Of a stretch of 64,000 bases of DNA, positions 17,201 to 27,094 are shown piece by piece (the first letter of the stretch is position 1; each line of letters starts with the position of its first letter). A program made the translations under genes and the position numbers. The notes beneath the pieces were generated by a model. The model was not told the origin of the DNA and did not search any database. It saw only the letters and a program-made list of their open reading frames with translations. Origin of the DNA: a bacterium (GTDB lineage Bacteria; Patescibacteriota; Minisyncoccia; 2-02-FULL-40-12; IGHO2-12-FULL-4); assembly GCA_030647955.1 (NCBI GenBank), contig JAUSIQ010000004.1, positions 36,533 to 100,532 on the forward strand. The letters are read 5' to 3'.

Positions 17201-18034
17201 TTACCAACAAGTTCTTCCACCGTCTATAACTAGATTAGCCCCGGTCATATAAGCAGAAGCATTGGAACATAAAAAAAGGATAGCGGCTTTGTACTCATCT
17301 CCGTTGGCCATACGGCCCATGGGGATGAGGTTAGTGAGTCTCTGCACGAAGTCATCTTCTAGGCCGGTATTGTAGATTCCGGCGGGAGAAATAGCGTTCA
17401 CTCTGACTCCTTGGTCGGCCCAATAGGTTGCCAAATATTTTGTTAACCCGATCAGGGCATGCTTGATAACCGAATAGCTCACGGGTTTAACCTGGTGCTC
17501 TCCGGGCTTATCTCCTTCCTTCTGATAAATACGCTGGTCGGGAGCGATGATGGCCAAATCCGAGGCGATGTTTAAAATCACCCCCCTTTTATTTCTAGCC
17601 ATGTGCTGACCGATAACGCGGCTCATGATTAAAGCTCCGGTAACGCTTACCGCAAAATCTTTGTTCCACGCTTCGATCGGCATATTCTCTAAACGACTAA
17701 GATTTTTCCCGCCACCTTCTACTACGGGATTGTTTGCAGCGTTATTGATTAATATTGAGATGGACCCAATTTCGCGAATAATGCGGCTTATAACACGAGT
17801 AACTTCTTTTTCTTTGGTGATGTCCAAGGTGTATCCCCAGACTTTTCTGGGGTAGGAAAATGGAAAATACTGCAAGGCTTTCCCGATGGCTTTATCGTTA
17901 ATATCCAATAATACTACTCGACCATTGCCGTCGAGAATGGCTTCGGCATGTTTTTTGCCCAGGAAACCGGCTCCACCGGTAATGACGGCCAAGTCACCTT
18001 CCAAATCAAACTTGCGAATAGTGCCAAAGGTCAT
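17201..18034 (-). CDS. SDR-family oxidoreductase
   Basis: AVITGGAGFLGKK cofactor motif and YSVIKHA (YxxxK). Confidence 0.75.
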   Translation of the reverse strand: MTFGTIRKFDLEGDLAVITGGAGFLGKKHAEAILDGNGRVVLLDINDKAIGKALQYFPFSYPRKVWGYTLDITKEKEVTRVISRIIREIGSISILINNAANNPVVEGGGKNLSRLENMPIEAWNKDFAVSVTGALIMSRVIGQHMARNKRGVILNIASDLAIIAPDQRIYQKEGDKPGEHQVKPVSYSVIKHALIGLTKYLATYWADQGVRVNAISPAGIYNTGLEDDFVQRLTNLIPMGRMANGDEYKAAILFLCSNASAYMTGANLVIDGGRTCW

Positions 18035-18035
18035 A

Positions 18036-18857
18036 TTATCCTCCTGTTTTAGTCCAGATTTCTTTTACGAAATCCAATTGTCGTTTGGCATCGCCGATAT
18101 AATCTTCTCCGCGCCAGGCTTGTAGAACGAATAGTCCGTCAAAGCCAATGTCATGAAGAGCACGAAAGCACTCTTCGAAATTAACGTCACCCTCACCCAA
18201 GTAAACTGATTGCGTGGAGCCAACTTTGCGATCTTTGAGATGAACCTGTTTAATCATCTTCCCGAGCAGGCGAATGTCTCGCGGCAGATCGTGGCCTAGA
18301 GTAATTAGATTGCCGGTGTCGTAACAGGCGCCAATGCGGGCATCGTCAAAAATTTCAATAAACTCTCGTAACTCATCTCCAGGTAGTTCGGTTTCCAGAG
18401 CAAGTTCAATCCCCAAACCATCGATGTCTTTAAGAAAGCGAGTTAAGCAGGCAAAAACATCGATTTTGTCACGTAGAGTTTTGATTGTAAACTCTTCTAA
18501 GATCGGAATACCGATTAGTTTTATTCTTGAAGAAAAAGCTCCAACTGCTGCACGGCGAAGTATCCTAGAGATTTTTTCATGGGCATTTCTCGTTAGCCGG
18601 TTTTTCATAAAGTAATCGGCGCAGATGGAGTGTACTGGGGTGCCAGACTCTTCAACAATTTTATTGATCATTTCTGACCCAATGTTTTTTTCGATGGGGT
18701 TGTAGTAGCGATCATCCCAGTCCCAAACCCACTCAATGCAATCAAAGCCAAGTTGTTTAGCAATAGGAAATTCTTTTTGCCAGTCTTTGGGAAAAAACTG
18801 CAGGCGTCCGTCTTGAGATGGTGAAAGCCGGCTTTGCATAATACCGAATTTGGCCAT
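18036..18857 (-). CDS. Sugar-phosphate isomerase/epimerase, xylose-isomerase-like TIM barrel
   Basis: AP-endonuclease-2/xylose-isomerase-like TIM-barrel features. 273 aa. First gene of the minus-strand operon. Confidence 0.65.
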   Translation of the reverse strand: MAKFGIMQSRLSPSQDGRLQFFPKDWQKEFPIAKQLGFDCIEWVWDWDDRYYNPIEKNIGSEMINKIVEESGTPVHSICADYFMKNRLTRNAHEKISRILRRAAVGAFSSRIKLIGIPILEEFTIKTLRDKIDVFACLTRFLKDIDGLGIELALETELPGDELREFIEIFDDARIGACYDTGNLITLGHDLPRDIRLLGKMIKQVHLKDRKVGSTQSVYLGEGDVNFEECFRALHDIGFDGLFVLQAWRGEDYIGDAKRQLDFVKEIWTKTGG

Positions 18858-18979
18858 AGTAATCTCCTTGTCAAGGAACGAAATTCTGGCGCAAATTTAA
18901 CATAAACCTTGCTAGTAGGCAACTTTTTAGATATGGTTTTTATTAGAGAGATTCGATCTTTGACAAAGAAGGAGCGACG

Positions 18980-20746
18980 ATGAGCGCCTCAGGATTAGTT
19001 ATGATTAATCTCCCTCGATTTCCGGGCGGAGGGCATACGCATCCCGCCGAGGTAATTGCGGGTATTAAGCCTGCCGATTTGGCCGGGTTAAAAATAGTTT
19101 TTATTAATATGCCTTTGCGTGAGACAGCTGTTCCGAATACGACCCCCGAAGGTCCGTTACTGATGGCCACTAATCTTCGAAAGAATTACGGCGTATATGC
19201 CACGGTTATCGATCTCAATGCTTATCGGATTAAAGACGAGCTGGCCCAAAACAAAGGTTTGACTCATGGGCGACATTTAACACCCGAGGAAACCTTCGAA
19301 TTAATCCAGAAGCATTTTTTGGTTCATGGCGAACCCGACGTGGTGGCTTTATCTGGCATGATCACTACTCTGCGTTGGCAGGAAGCGGTCACGAAGATGA
19401 TCAGAACTATTTTGCCGGATGTTTTTCTGGTTTCTGGCGGTGGTTTGGCAACGGAGCTGAAGGCCGGTCTGTTTAACTATATCTCTGGTCTTGATGCGGT
19501 GGCGCACTCCGAAGGGGACGATGTCGTCGTGAAAATTTGTTTTGATGCCCAGCTGATTAAGAGAAAAGGATTTAACGGAGCATTGCTGGCCGGGAATCTT
19601 GAGCCTTACTATCTTGGTTATACTAAAGGCCGACATCGGCTGATGTACGCCGGGGACCGGCCTCGTGATTTGGATAGTTTGCCTTTCGCTGATTTAGATT
19701 TATTGGCAGAAGATGTGAATGGACACAAGATTCTAGATTATTATTTAGGTAATGATGTCTGGGGTATTGGAGCGAATAATAGCTCCGCCACACCATTTCA
19801 AATGACGCGTAGTACGACTTCGGTTTCTTCGCGGGGTTGTCCCTTTGCCTGTCAGTATTGTTATCGTGGCGCGCAGGGCGAAAGAAAGTGGGGCGTGCGT
19901 TCGGCTGAACATATTTATAAAGAGATGCTTCACCATCAGGAAAAATACGGCATTGATTTCAAGGGATTTCCCGATGATAATTTTGCTGTGACCATTGGAC
20001 GGATTGTGGATTTAGTTCCTCTGCTTGGTCCTTTGGGGATTCGTTGGGGAACTCATACTCGACTCGACGAAGCGGCCGGTCTTAAGCCGATCAGTAGTCG
20101 TCCAGGAGAGTATGTTTTTGAAGATCCACATCGTATCGAGCTGATGGCCAAAGCGGGCTGTGTCTACATCGGCTTTGGTCCCGAGAGCGCTAACAAAGAA
20201 GTATTAGAGGCGATTGGTAAGGGTGGGCATACTTTGACTAACGGATTTGTCCCAAAAGTCGTCAACGGAAAAACATATAATTTCGCTCGCTCGATGATTG
20301 TGGGAATTGAAAACTGTTTGAGATTTGGAATCCATTCCAACTGTACCTGGATTATGGCTCTGCCGACTGAAAATCTCGAACGCTTAAAGGAATCTGTGGC
20401 CTTTATCAAATGGCATGAGGATCTCTATATTCAAAATGGATTGCCAACTGATTCCGTGAATAAAAAAATGTTTACGTTGACCTGGTATCCCGGAACGGAA
20501 ATTATTCGGCATACCAAAGTCAGACAGGAATTGACGAGAGTTTTTGGTGTTACCTTTAACGAGAGATTAGAACCGATTTGTGACGAGAAGTTTTATAAGT
20601 ATTTAATTGAGCTGGACGATGCTACTAAAGTTCTCTACGGTAATAACGATGAGCCGTTGAACTTTGGAGATATGCCCATGGACCAGTTTCTTCAGGCTCG
20701 AGAATATGTCGACTCCGATCAAATTTTCAAAATTTTAGAAATGTAA
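18980..20746 (+). CDS. B12-binding-domain radical SAM enzyme (class B; putative sugar C-methyltransferase/epimerase)
   Basis: CPFACQYC CxxxCxxC radical-SAM motif at about residue 285. It follows an N-terminal region of about 280 aa consistent with a cobalamin-binding domain. AAGGAG RBS. Confidence 0.7.
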   Translation: MSASGLVMINLPRFPGGGHTHPAEVIAGIKPADLAGLKIVFINMPLRETAVPNTTPEGPLLMATNLRKNYGVYATVIDLNAYRIKDELAQNKGLTHGRHLTPEETFELIQKHFLVHGEPDVVALSGMITTLRWQEAVTKMIRTILPDVFLVSGGGLATELKAGLFNYISGLDAVAHSEGDDVVVKICFDAQLIKRKGFNGALLAGNLEPYYLGYTKGRHRLMYAGDRPRDLDSLPFADLDLLAEDVNGHKILDYYLGNDVWGIGANNSSATPFQMTRSTTSVSSRGCPFACQYCYRGAQGERKWGVRSAEHIYKEMLHHQEKYGIDFKGFPDDNFAVTIGRIVDLVPLLGPLGIRWGTHTRLDEAAGLKPISSRPGEYVFEDPHRIELMAKAGCVYIGFGPESANKEVLEAIGKGGHTLTNGFVPKVVNGKTYNFARSMIVGIENCLRFGIHSNCTWIMALPTENLERLKESVAFIKWHEDLYIQNGLPTDSVNKKMFTLTWYPGTEIIRHTKVRQELTRVFGVTFNERLEPICDEKFYKYLIELDDATKVLYGNNDEPLNFGDMPMDQFLQAREYVDSDQIFKILEM

Positions 20747-20753
20747 AAAAATA

Positions 20754-20775
20754 CCCCGCCGTGGCGGGGTTTTTA
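20754..20775. terminator. Bidirectional rho-independent terminator between convergent genes
   Basis: CCCCGCCgtgGCGGGG flanked by A-run and T-run. Confidence 0.7.
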
Positions 20776-20777
20776 GT

Positions 20778-22070
20778 TTATTTAGTTTCGTCTTCGATAG
20801 CGACACTCCTAATCGCTTCGGATACAACATCGATCGCTTCATAAAGAGCATGGGCGTCAATGGTCAGTGGCGGAGCTAGTTTAATAGAGTGCTTAAAAGT
20901 ACAGACCGGCAGGACGCCATTCCCAATGCATTTCATGACTACGCGAGTAGCCGCATCGGTATCGTGGAAAATCAGTCCAGCAATCATGCCTCGCACATTA
21001 ACCATCTTGACTAAGGGAAATCTTATCAGGCCCTCGAGTCCGGCCTGGAAAATATTCATCGTTCTTTGGCGTTCGGCGATAAAGTTCGGATCGCTTAAGA
21101 ATTCAATGTTAGCCAGTCCGGCCGCACAACAGAGCGGATTGCCCGAATGAGTGCCATGCAAATCCGCTTCTTTATCATCGATAATTTCTGCCCTGCTTAA
21201 GACGGCTGAAAGAGGCAGAGAGGAGGTTATGCCTTTTCCTAAGCAGATAATATCGGGCTGAAGATCGCCGTAAGTCATATAACCGTACAGTGGTCCCAGG
21301 CGATAAAATCCAGCCTGCATCTCATCGAAACAAACCAGCGCACCGGAATTTTTGGCAAAAGCATAGAGAGAGTCGATATATTGCTGAGGATAGAACCAGG
21401 CGCCCCATCCCTGGAAAGTTTCCAAAAAGAAGCCGGCAATTTGATCTGCCGGAATTTGGTCTCCAGAAGGAAGGCGAAGGCTCTTTGGATCAAAGCGATC
21501 ATTGGCGCGATAGGGGAAGTCGAGAAAGATCACGTCGCTATCTTTTACTCCCGACCAGTCTCCCTTTTCCGGACTCCCGCAAATGAAATCATTACCCAAA
21601 CCTTGGCCGTGATAGCTTCCGCGGAAGGTAATGATATATCGGCGATGTTGCTTTTTGGCCCATAGTTTGACGAGCTTGTAAGCGGCACCCATTACTTCCG
21701 ATCCCGAGTTTAGTAAGAGGGCTTTGTTGAAGTGCGGAGGAGAGAGCTCCAATAATTTAGACAGAAACTTTTGACGAATATCGGTGGGATAGGTGTAGGA
21801 GAAAAGCAGATTTGCGTCGAGTTGTTTCTTGATGGCCTCTATGATGAAAGGATTGGCGTGACCAGCATTAGCCACAAAAATCCCCGAGGTCATGTCAATC
21901 CACTTATTGCCGTGGTCGTCAAAAACAGAAAAGTCTACGGCTTTATTCCAAGTAATTGGAGTACCATTGGCGGCTAAATGCGGTTCCAGGTCCCAAAGTT
22001 TTTTATAAAGCTCATCTTTTTGGAGAACAAAACCATCTTGAATTTCGCGATAGCGAGTCTTAATAGCCAA
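20778..22070 (-). CDS. Class III PLP-dependent aminotransferase
   Basis: VFDEMQAGFYRLG and GKGITSS motifs carry the conserved Lys. 430 aa. Confidence 0.75.
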   Translation of the reverse strand: MAIKTRYREIQDGFVLQKDELYKKLWDLEPHLAANGTPITWNKAVDFSVFDDHGNKWIDMTSGIFVANAGHANPFIIEAIKKQLDANLLFSYTYPTDIRQKFLSKLLELSPPHFNKALLLNSGSEVMGAAYKLVKLWAKKQHRRYIITFRGSYHGQGLGNDFICGSPEKGDWSGVKDSDVIFLDFPYRANDRFDPKSLRLPSGDQIPADQIAGFFLETFQGWGAWFYPQQYIDSLYAFAKNSGALVCFDEMQAGFYRLGPLYGYMTYGDLQPDIICLGKGITSSLPLSAVLSRAEIIDDKEADLHGTHSGNPLCCAAGLANIEFLSDPNFIAERQRTMNIFQAGLEGLIRFPLVKMVNVRGMIAGLIFHDTDAATRVVMKCIGNGVLPVCTFKHSIKLAPPLTIDAHALYEAIDVVSEAIRSVAIEDETK

Positions 22071-22340
22071 AGTTCACCTCCCAATTAAAAAAAGAACCTG
22101 CGTATAAAATACAGTAAAAGGTGGACAGTGTCAACAAATCTGAAACAACCTGCTCATTTGACCCAAGTCCCCTGCCTGCCGGCAGGCAGGAAGGCAAAAG
22201 ATGAGTATTGAGCGAGACGTATATGGATACGGCGAGCTCAAACGGAATCTTTTAACGCAGGAATTGGGCAAACCTGAAAGGCTAAGCTCGCGTTGAGCCT
22301 GTAGTCTGCGGAGGCTCCGCGAGCTTAGTATGCAGTGTTG

Positions 22341-23630
22341 TTAAGAAAGTTGATCGATTTTCCAGGGGATGCGAGGCCTCACACCATCAAGACGCCAAGG
22401 AAGTTTAAAGTTGCCACGCACACCTTCCGGATCGAGGCGGTCATCTATTTGGAACTTCAGCGCTTCGGGTTCAGTGGCGTGAATCATTTGAGCCAGATCG
22501 GGATTGATCATGCGATAGGCTACTGAAATAATACTTTCATTCAGAAAATCTCCCGGAATTTGGCAGACTGAACGGAAGCGGCCAACGGGATGCTCGCCAT
22601 CTTGCCAGGGTGCATCCAGATTGTTATTGGAGATAAAAATCACGTGGCTCAGTTCGTTAAAGAAGTAAAGTTGTAGCATTAAGCGATGCGCAGGCTGAAA
22701 GACTTCATACTCCACCTCAATGTTTACGGGATCACGCACGTCAAATTGTTTGGAGATTTGGCCGGTCTGGTCCAGGGCGCGCATGGCGCGCATACGCACC
22801 ACGTCATCCCCGGGAGCTTTGTCGGGTTCCCAGATTCTTTCGGCGACGTGATCCATCTTCTGTTCGAGATATTGACTGATAATTTTATCAGTGGGGCCTT
22901 CTAGTAAAATTTTACCTTCGTGCAAGACGATGGTGCGGGTGCAAAGTTTTTGGACGGCATCCATGTTGTGGCTGACGAATAAAATAGTGCGCTGCTGGTT
23001 GCGAGTAACCTCCTCCATTTTGCTCAAACTCTTTTTTTGAAATTGAGCGTCGCCCACAGCCAATACCTCATCGATAATTAAAATGTCCGGCTCCAAATGG
23101 GCGGCCACTGCAAAGGCGAGGCGAACTTGCATTCCGGAGGAGTAGTGTTTTACAGGCGTATCAATAAATTTTTCGACGCCGGCAAATTTAACAATACTGT
23201 CGAATTTTTGGCCGATCTCGATACGACTCATGCCCAGGATTGCTCCGTTTAAGAAGACATTCTCCCTTCCCGTTAATTCCGGATGAAAACCGGTGCCTAC
23301 TTCGAGCATTGAAGCCACCTTGCCCATCATTTTGATCTGGCCGGTAGTGGGGGGGGTAATTTGGCTTAAGATTTTCAAAAGTGTGGACTTACCGGCACCA
23401 TTTGGACCAATAATACCAATGGCCTCTCCTTTTTTAACGGAGAGGTTTATGTCTTTAAGGGCCCAAAACTCCTCTTTGGGTTTAAAAGCTCCGCCCACTT
23501 TCTTTTTGGCAAAGCGCATCGGATGTTTGAAGATGTTAGCGAGAACATCGCGTAAAGCAATATAGCCACCCTGCTGGTGGTTGATGTTGTACCTCTTGGA
23601 AACATTTTTTATTTCAACAGCGTTTGGCAT
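22341..23630 (-). CDS. ABC transporter ATP-binding protein, Wzt/TagH type, with C-terminal (glycan-binding-like) extension
   Basis: Walker A GPNGAGKST. Signature YSSGMQ. Walker B ILIIDE. A C-terminal domain of about 180 aa follows. The start is placed at the internal ATG, 1 nt after the permease stop. Confidence 0.8.
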   Translation of the reverse strand: MPNAVEIKNVSKRYNINHQQGGYIALRDVLANIFKHPMRFAKKKVGGAFKPKEEFWALKDINLSVKKGEAIGIIGPNGAGKSTLLKILSQITPPTTGQIKMMGKVASMLEVGTGFHPELTGRENVFLNGAILGMSRIEIGQKFDSIVKFAGVEKFIDTPVKHYSSGMQVRLAFAVAAHLEPDILIIDEVLAVGDAQFQKKSLSKMEEVTRNQQRTILFVSHNMDAVQKLCTRTIVLHEGKILLEGPTDKIISQYLEQKMDHVAERIWEPDKAPGDDVVRMRAMRALDQTGQISKQFDVRDPVNIEVEYEVFQPAHRLMLQLYFFNELSHVIFISNNNLDAPWQDGEHPVGRFRSVCQIPGDFLNESIISVAYRMINPDLAQMIHATEPEALKFQIDDRLDPEGVRGNFKLPWRLDGVRPRIPWKIDQLS

Positions 23631-23631
23631 A

Positions 23632-24495
23632 TTAAACAATATCAGCAAAATATCTTTCTGTTTTTTTGAAAACGACTACCCCAATAACCAAAGCCAGAAT
23701 TCCAAAAGCCGTGGAAATACCAAGTAGGGTCCAATTAATAGGTGTAGTGCCTAAGATAGAAGAGCGGGCGGCTTTGATTACGCCGGTCATGGGATTTAAG
23801 GCTAAGATCCAAGAATATTTTCCGGCGATGCTTGGAGGGTATATTACCGGAGTAACGAAGAGAAGCATCTGGATGAAGTAAGGTAGGGCGTAGCGTACGT
23901 CGCGGTATTTAACATTGATAGAGGCTAAGAACATGCCGATACCTACGGCGATCATAAAGGTGATGACTAAAAGCAAGGGAAGAATCCAGAACCCCATAAG
24001 GTTTGGTAAGAATTGGTAGTAGGCCATGATGCCAATCAAGACAATGAAAGAAATGGCGAAGTCTACAAAATTAGTGAGGGTGGAGGAGACGGGTAAAATC
24101 AAACGCGGAAAGTAAACCTTGGTCACGATGCCGGTGTTATTAGTTAAGCTAGCGCTAGCGCCGTTTAGCGAAGCGGAGAAAAATTGCCACAAAAGTAATC
24201 CGACAAAAACAAAGATCGGATAGGGCACACCTTCGGAGGGCATTTTTGCAAAGTGGCCGAAAAAGATACTAAAAACCACCATAGTCATGAAGGGTTGGAA
24301 AACCGCCCAGCCCACCCCAATGATGGTCTGTTTGTAGCGTACCTTGATGTCTCTCCAAGTAAAAAAATAGAGCAGTTCGCGGTACTGCCAGAGTTCTTTA
24401 AAATCCTCCCAACTCAAGTGTTTTTTGGGTCGAATAATTGTTTCAGTAGCCATATTATATATTACAACTATAGCAAAAGAACCATTAATTGACAA
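23632..24495 (-). CDS. ABC-2 type polysaccharide/teichoic-acid export permease (Wzm/TagG-like)
   Basis: Six predicted TM helices. ABC-2 permease signature layout upstream of the ATPase. Confidence 0.75.
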   Translation of the reverse strand: MSINGSFAIVVIYNMATETIIRPKKHLSWEDFKELWQYRELLYFFTWRDIKVRYKQTIIGVGWAVFQPFMTMVVFSIFFGHFAKMPSEGVPYPIFVFVGLLLWQFFSASLNGASASLTNNTGIVTKVYFPRLILPVSSTLTNFVDFAISFIVLIGIMAYYQFLPNLMGFWILPLLLVITFMIAVGIGMFLASINVKYRDVRYALPYFIQMLLFVTPVIYPPSIAGKYSWILALNPMTGVIKAARSSILGTTPINWTLLGISTAFGILALVIGVVVFKKTERYFADIV

Positions 24496-24517
24496 CTCAA
24501 GGCGCTTCTGTTATTAT
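24489..24517 (+). promoter_or_regulatory. sigma70-like promoter TTGACA-N17-TATTAT
   Basis: Exact -35 hexamer and 17-nt spacer. Followed by TTGACAAGGAGG RBS context and GTG at 24547. Confidence 0.5.
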
Positions 24518-24546
24518 CCCGGTAGATTTTTTGACAAGGAGGGACC

Positions 24547-24999
24547 GTGAAAACTTCTCTTTGGAGGGATACTACTACTCGTCTTTGTGCGGCTTTAGTT
24601 ATTGTTGTTGTGGGTATAGCTTTCGGGATCGTTTTTTGGTCCAATGAGTTTAATCGAACGGCCAAAGCTGATACCGTGGCTCCTCCGCGAATTGACGTCG
24701 TGGAGACGCAGGATAAGGGGTATTACATCGATTGGCTAGTTCCAAATGAACTCGTGTTCATAAAAGCAACTAGGAATGGTGTGGGACTTCGTCCGTTTAT
24801 TAACAAAAACGGGTACACTGTTTACTCGGATCTTTTCGAGGTGGACAAAGTTTTGGCTCAAGGGGTGCAAGTGGTCGGCAAGACGCATAGGATAAAAAAT
24901 ATTACACCCTTGCTGGGAACGGGTAATCGTTATGGTAGCTACACTACAAGCCTAATGCTTTCTGTCGAATGGCGGACAGTAAAAGTCGAGAAGAATTAG
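24547..24999 (+). CDS. Hypothetical membrane-anchored protein (150 aa)
   Basis: N-terminal TM helix LCAALVIVVVGIAFGIVFW. Strong promoter and RBS. Terminator at 25004-25029. Confidence 0.4.
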   Translation: MKTSLWRDTTTRLCAALVIVVVGIAFGIVFWSNEFNRTAKADTVAPPRIDVVETQDKGYYIDWLVPNELVFIKATRNGVGLRPFINKNGYTVYSDLFEVDKVLAQGVQVVGKTHRIKNITPLLGTGNRYGSYTTSLMLSVEWRTVKVEKN

Positions 25000-25003
25000 T
25001 TCT

Positions 25004-25029
25004 ACCCGGGATTCGTCCCGGTTTTTTTG
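25004..25029 (+). terminator. Rho-independent terminator
   Basis: ACCCGGGAttcgTCCCGGT followed by T7. Confidence 0.65.
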
Positions 25030-25075
25030 TGCAAAAAAGGGAGATGTGGTAAAAGTATGGGGATAACCTCTATGT

Positions 25076-25276
25076 ATGAAGAAATTGCTAAAAGGCTATA
25101 AAAAGGTCATTGGAGTTGTGGGACGAGCAAATACGATTTTAATTTTAACCATTATTTATTGGGCTATTTTGCCGATTTTTTATTTACTTTTGAATTTCAA
25201 AAGAGAGTCTATGAGCGGCTCTACTTGGCGGAATAAGGAAAAAGAATTTTTGAACTCCCATGAGCAGCAGTTTTAG
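25076..25276 (+). CDS. SxtJ-like small membrane protein (short form)
   Basis: VGRANTILILTIIYWAILPIFYLLLNF...STWRNKE resembles the SxtJ-family core (LGxxNxRIILxxxFYLVxTPxGLL...SYWxxRE). Sits immediately upstream of the carbamoyltransferase gene. Confidence 0.4.
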   Translation: MKKLLKGYKKVIGVVGRANTILILTIIYWAILPIFYLLLNFKRESMSGSTWRNKEKEFLNSHEQQF

Positions 25277-25293
25277 ATCATGAAACAGTAAAC

Positions 25294-27051
25294 ATGAAAC
25301 AAGAAACAAAAAATCCAATTTATATCCTAGGTATTTCTTGTTTTTATCACGACTCTGCGGTCGTGCTGATTAAAGATGGGCAACTCATCGCCGCGGCACA
25401 AGAAGAGAGATTTACCAGAAAAAAACACGATGATAGTTTTCCGGCTAAAGCGGTGGAGTACTGTTTGAAAGAAGCAGGTATTACTCCGGCCAATTTATCT
25501 TATGTAGCATTTTATGATAAACCGCTTTTGAAATTTGAGAGGATTGTTACCAGCTTCATTAATTCCTGGCCGCATGGCTACAAAACTTGGTTAAGAGCCA
25601 TGCCGGTCTGGTTAAAAGAAAAACTTTGGACAAAAGTGGCGATCAGTAAAAATTTACCCGGATACAACGGGCCGATCTATTTTACGGAGCATCACATGTC
25701 GCATGCCGCCAGCTCCTTTTTCGTTTCTCCTTTTAAGGAGGCGGCGGTTTTAACAGTGGATGGGGTGGGGGAGTGGGCCACCACTACTTGGGGAGTGGGG
25801 AAAGAAAATAAAATCGAATTAAAAAAAGAAATTCACTTTCCGGAATCGCTCGGTCTTTTTTATAGCATCCTTACCTATTATTTGGGCTTTAAGCCGAATA
25901 GCGCGGAGTATAAGGTGATGGGATTGGCGCCCTATGGTCATCCCAAGTATGTAGAGGTGTTAAGAAATTTGATTAAGATTTATGCGGACGGTAGTTTTGC
26001 TTTGAATAAAAAAGTTTTCAAAGGATTTTATGAACTGGGCGGATTTGAAAAAGCTTTGGCTCGCTACTTTGGTTTTGAGAAAAGAAAGCCGGAAGATCCT
26101 TTGGAACAGAAGCACAAGGACCTGGCGGCTAGTCTGCAATTTATTACCAACGAGGCGATGGTGACCATGGCTAAGCACATTCAAAAAGAAACCGGTTTGG
26201 AAAATTTATGTATGGCCGGCGGAGTGGCCCTGAACTGTGTGGCGAGCTCGGAAGTTTTAAAAAAGTCCGGGTTTAAAAATATTTTTATCCAGCCGGCGGC
26301 GGGGGATGCGGGCGGGGCTTTGGGTGCGGCCTATTACATCTGGCATCAGGTTTTGGGGAACTCAAGAGATTTTGTGCAGAAGCACTGTTTTTATGGTCCG
26401 GAGTTTGGCGACGAACAGATCAAAATCATGCTCGATAAAAAAGAGGTGGTGGCAGAGCATTTAGCAGATGAGTGGTTATTTAATAGAGTGGCTCAACTGA
26501 TTGCCGATCAAAAAGTGATCGGCTGGTTTCAAGGCCGCATGGAGTGGGGTCCACGATCTTTAGGAGCTAGATCCATTTTGGCGGATGCACGCAATAAGGG
26601 AAATTGGCAGAGAGTTAATCTGAAAATTAAATTTCGAGAAAGTTTCCGGCCGTTTGCCCCCAGTGTTTTAGAAGAAGATTCTTTGGAATATTTTGATTTT
26701 GTGGAGCCAGCTCCGTACATGCTTTTCACCGCCAAGGTAAAAAAAGACGATGTGCCGGCCGTAACGCATGTGGACAAAACAGCGCGTTTGCAAACAGTGA
26801 ATCAGGAAACTAATCCGCGCTATCATCGCTTAATCTCGGAATTCAAAAAAATAACCGGTTGCCCGGTAATTATTAATACCTCTTTCAATGTGCGAGGCGA
26901 GCCCATTGTCTGCACTCCCGAAGATGCTTTTAATACATTCATCAAAACCGATTTGGATTTTCTGGTTCTTGGTAATTATCTCTTAGACAAAAAAGAGGTC
27001 ATTAAAAAATATCCCTTCGTCCCTCCTCAAATTTCCTCTTCGGCCGATTAG
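25294..27051 (+). CDS. Carbamoyltransferase (NodU/CmcH family)
   Basis: ILGISCFYHDSAVVLIKDGQLIAAAQEERFTRKKHD is the Carbam_trans_N signature. 585 aa. Confidence 0.85.
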   Translation: MKQETKNPIYILGISCFYHDSAVVLIKDGQLIAAAQEERFTRKKHDDSFPAKAVEYCLKEAGITPANLSYVAFYDKPLLKFERIVTSFINSWPHGYKTWLRAMPVWLKEKLWTKVAISKNLPGYNGPIYFTEHHMSHAASSFFVSPFKEAAVLTVDGVGEWATTTWGVGKENKIELKKEIHFPESLGLFYSILTYYLGFKPNSAEYKVMGLAPYGHPKYVEVLRNLIKIYADGSFALNKKVFKGFYELGGFEKALARYFGFEKRKPEDPLEQKHKDLAASLQFITNEAMVTMAKHIQKETGLENLCMAGGVALNCVASSEVLKKSGFKNIFIQPAAGDAGGALGAAYYIWHQVLGNSRDFVQKHCFYGPEFGDEQIKIMLDKKEVVAEHLADEWLFNRVAQLIADQKVIGWFQGRMEWGPRSLGARSILADARNKGNWQRVNLKIKFRESFRPFAPSVLEEDSLEYFDFVEPAPYMLFTAKVKKDDVPAVTHVDKTARLQTVNQETNPRYHRLISEFKKITGCPVIINTSFNVRGEPIVCTPEDAFNTFIKTDLDFLVLGNYLLDKKEVIKKYPFVPPQISSSAD

Positions 27052-27094
27052 TGCCGATCTGTTTTTTCATGCCAAAAATGATAAAATTGAAGAA

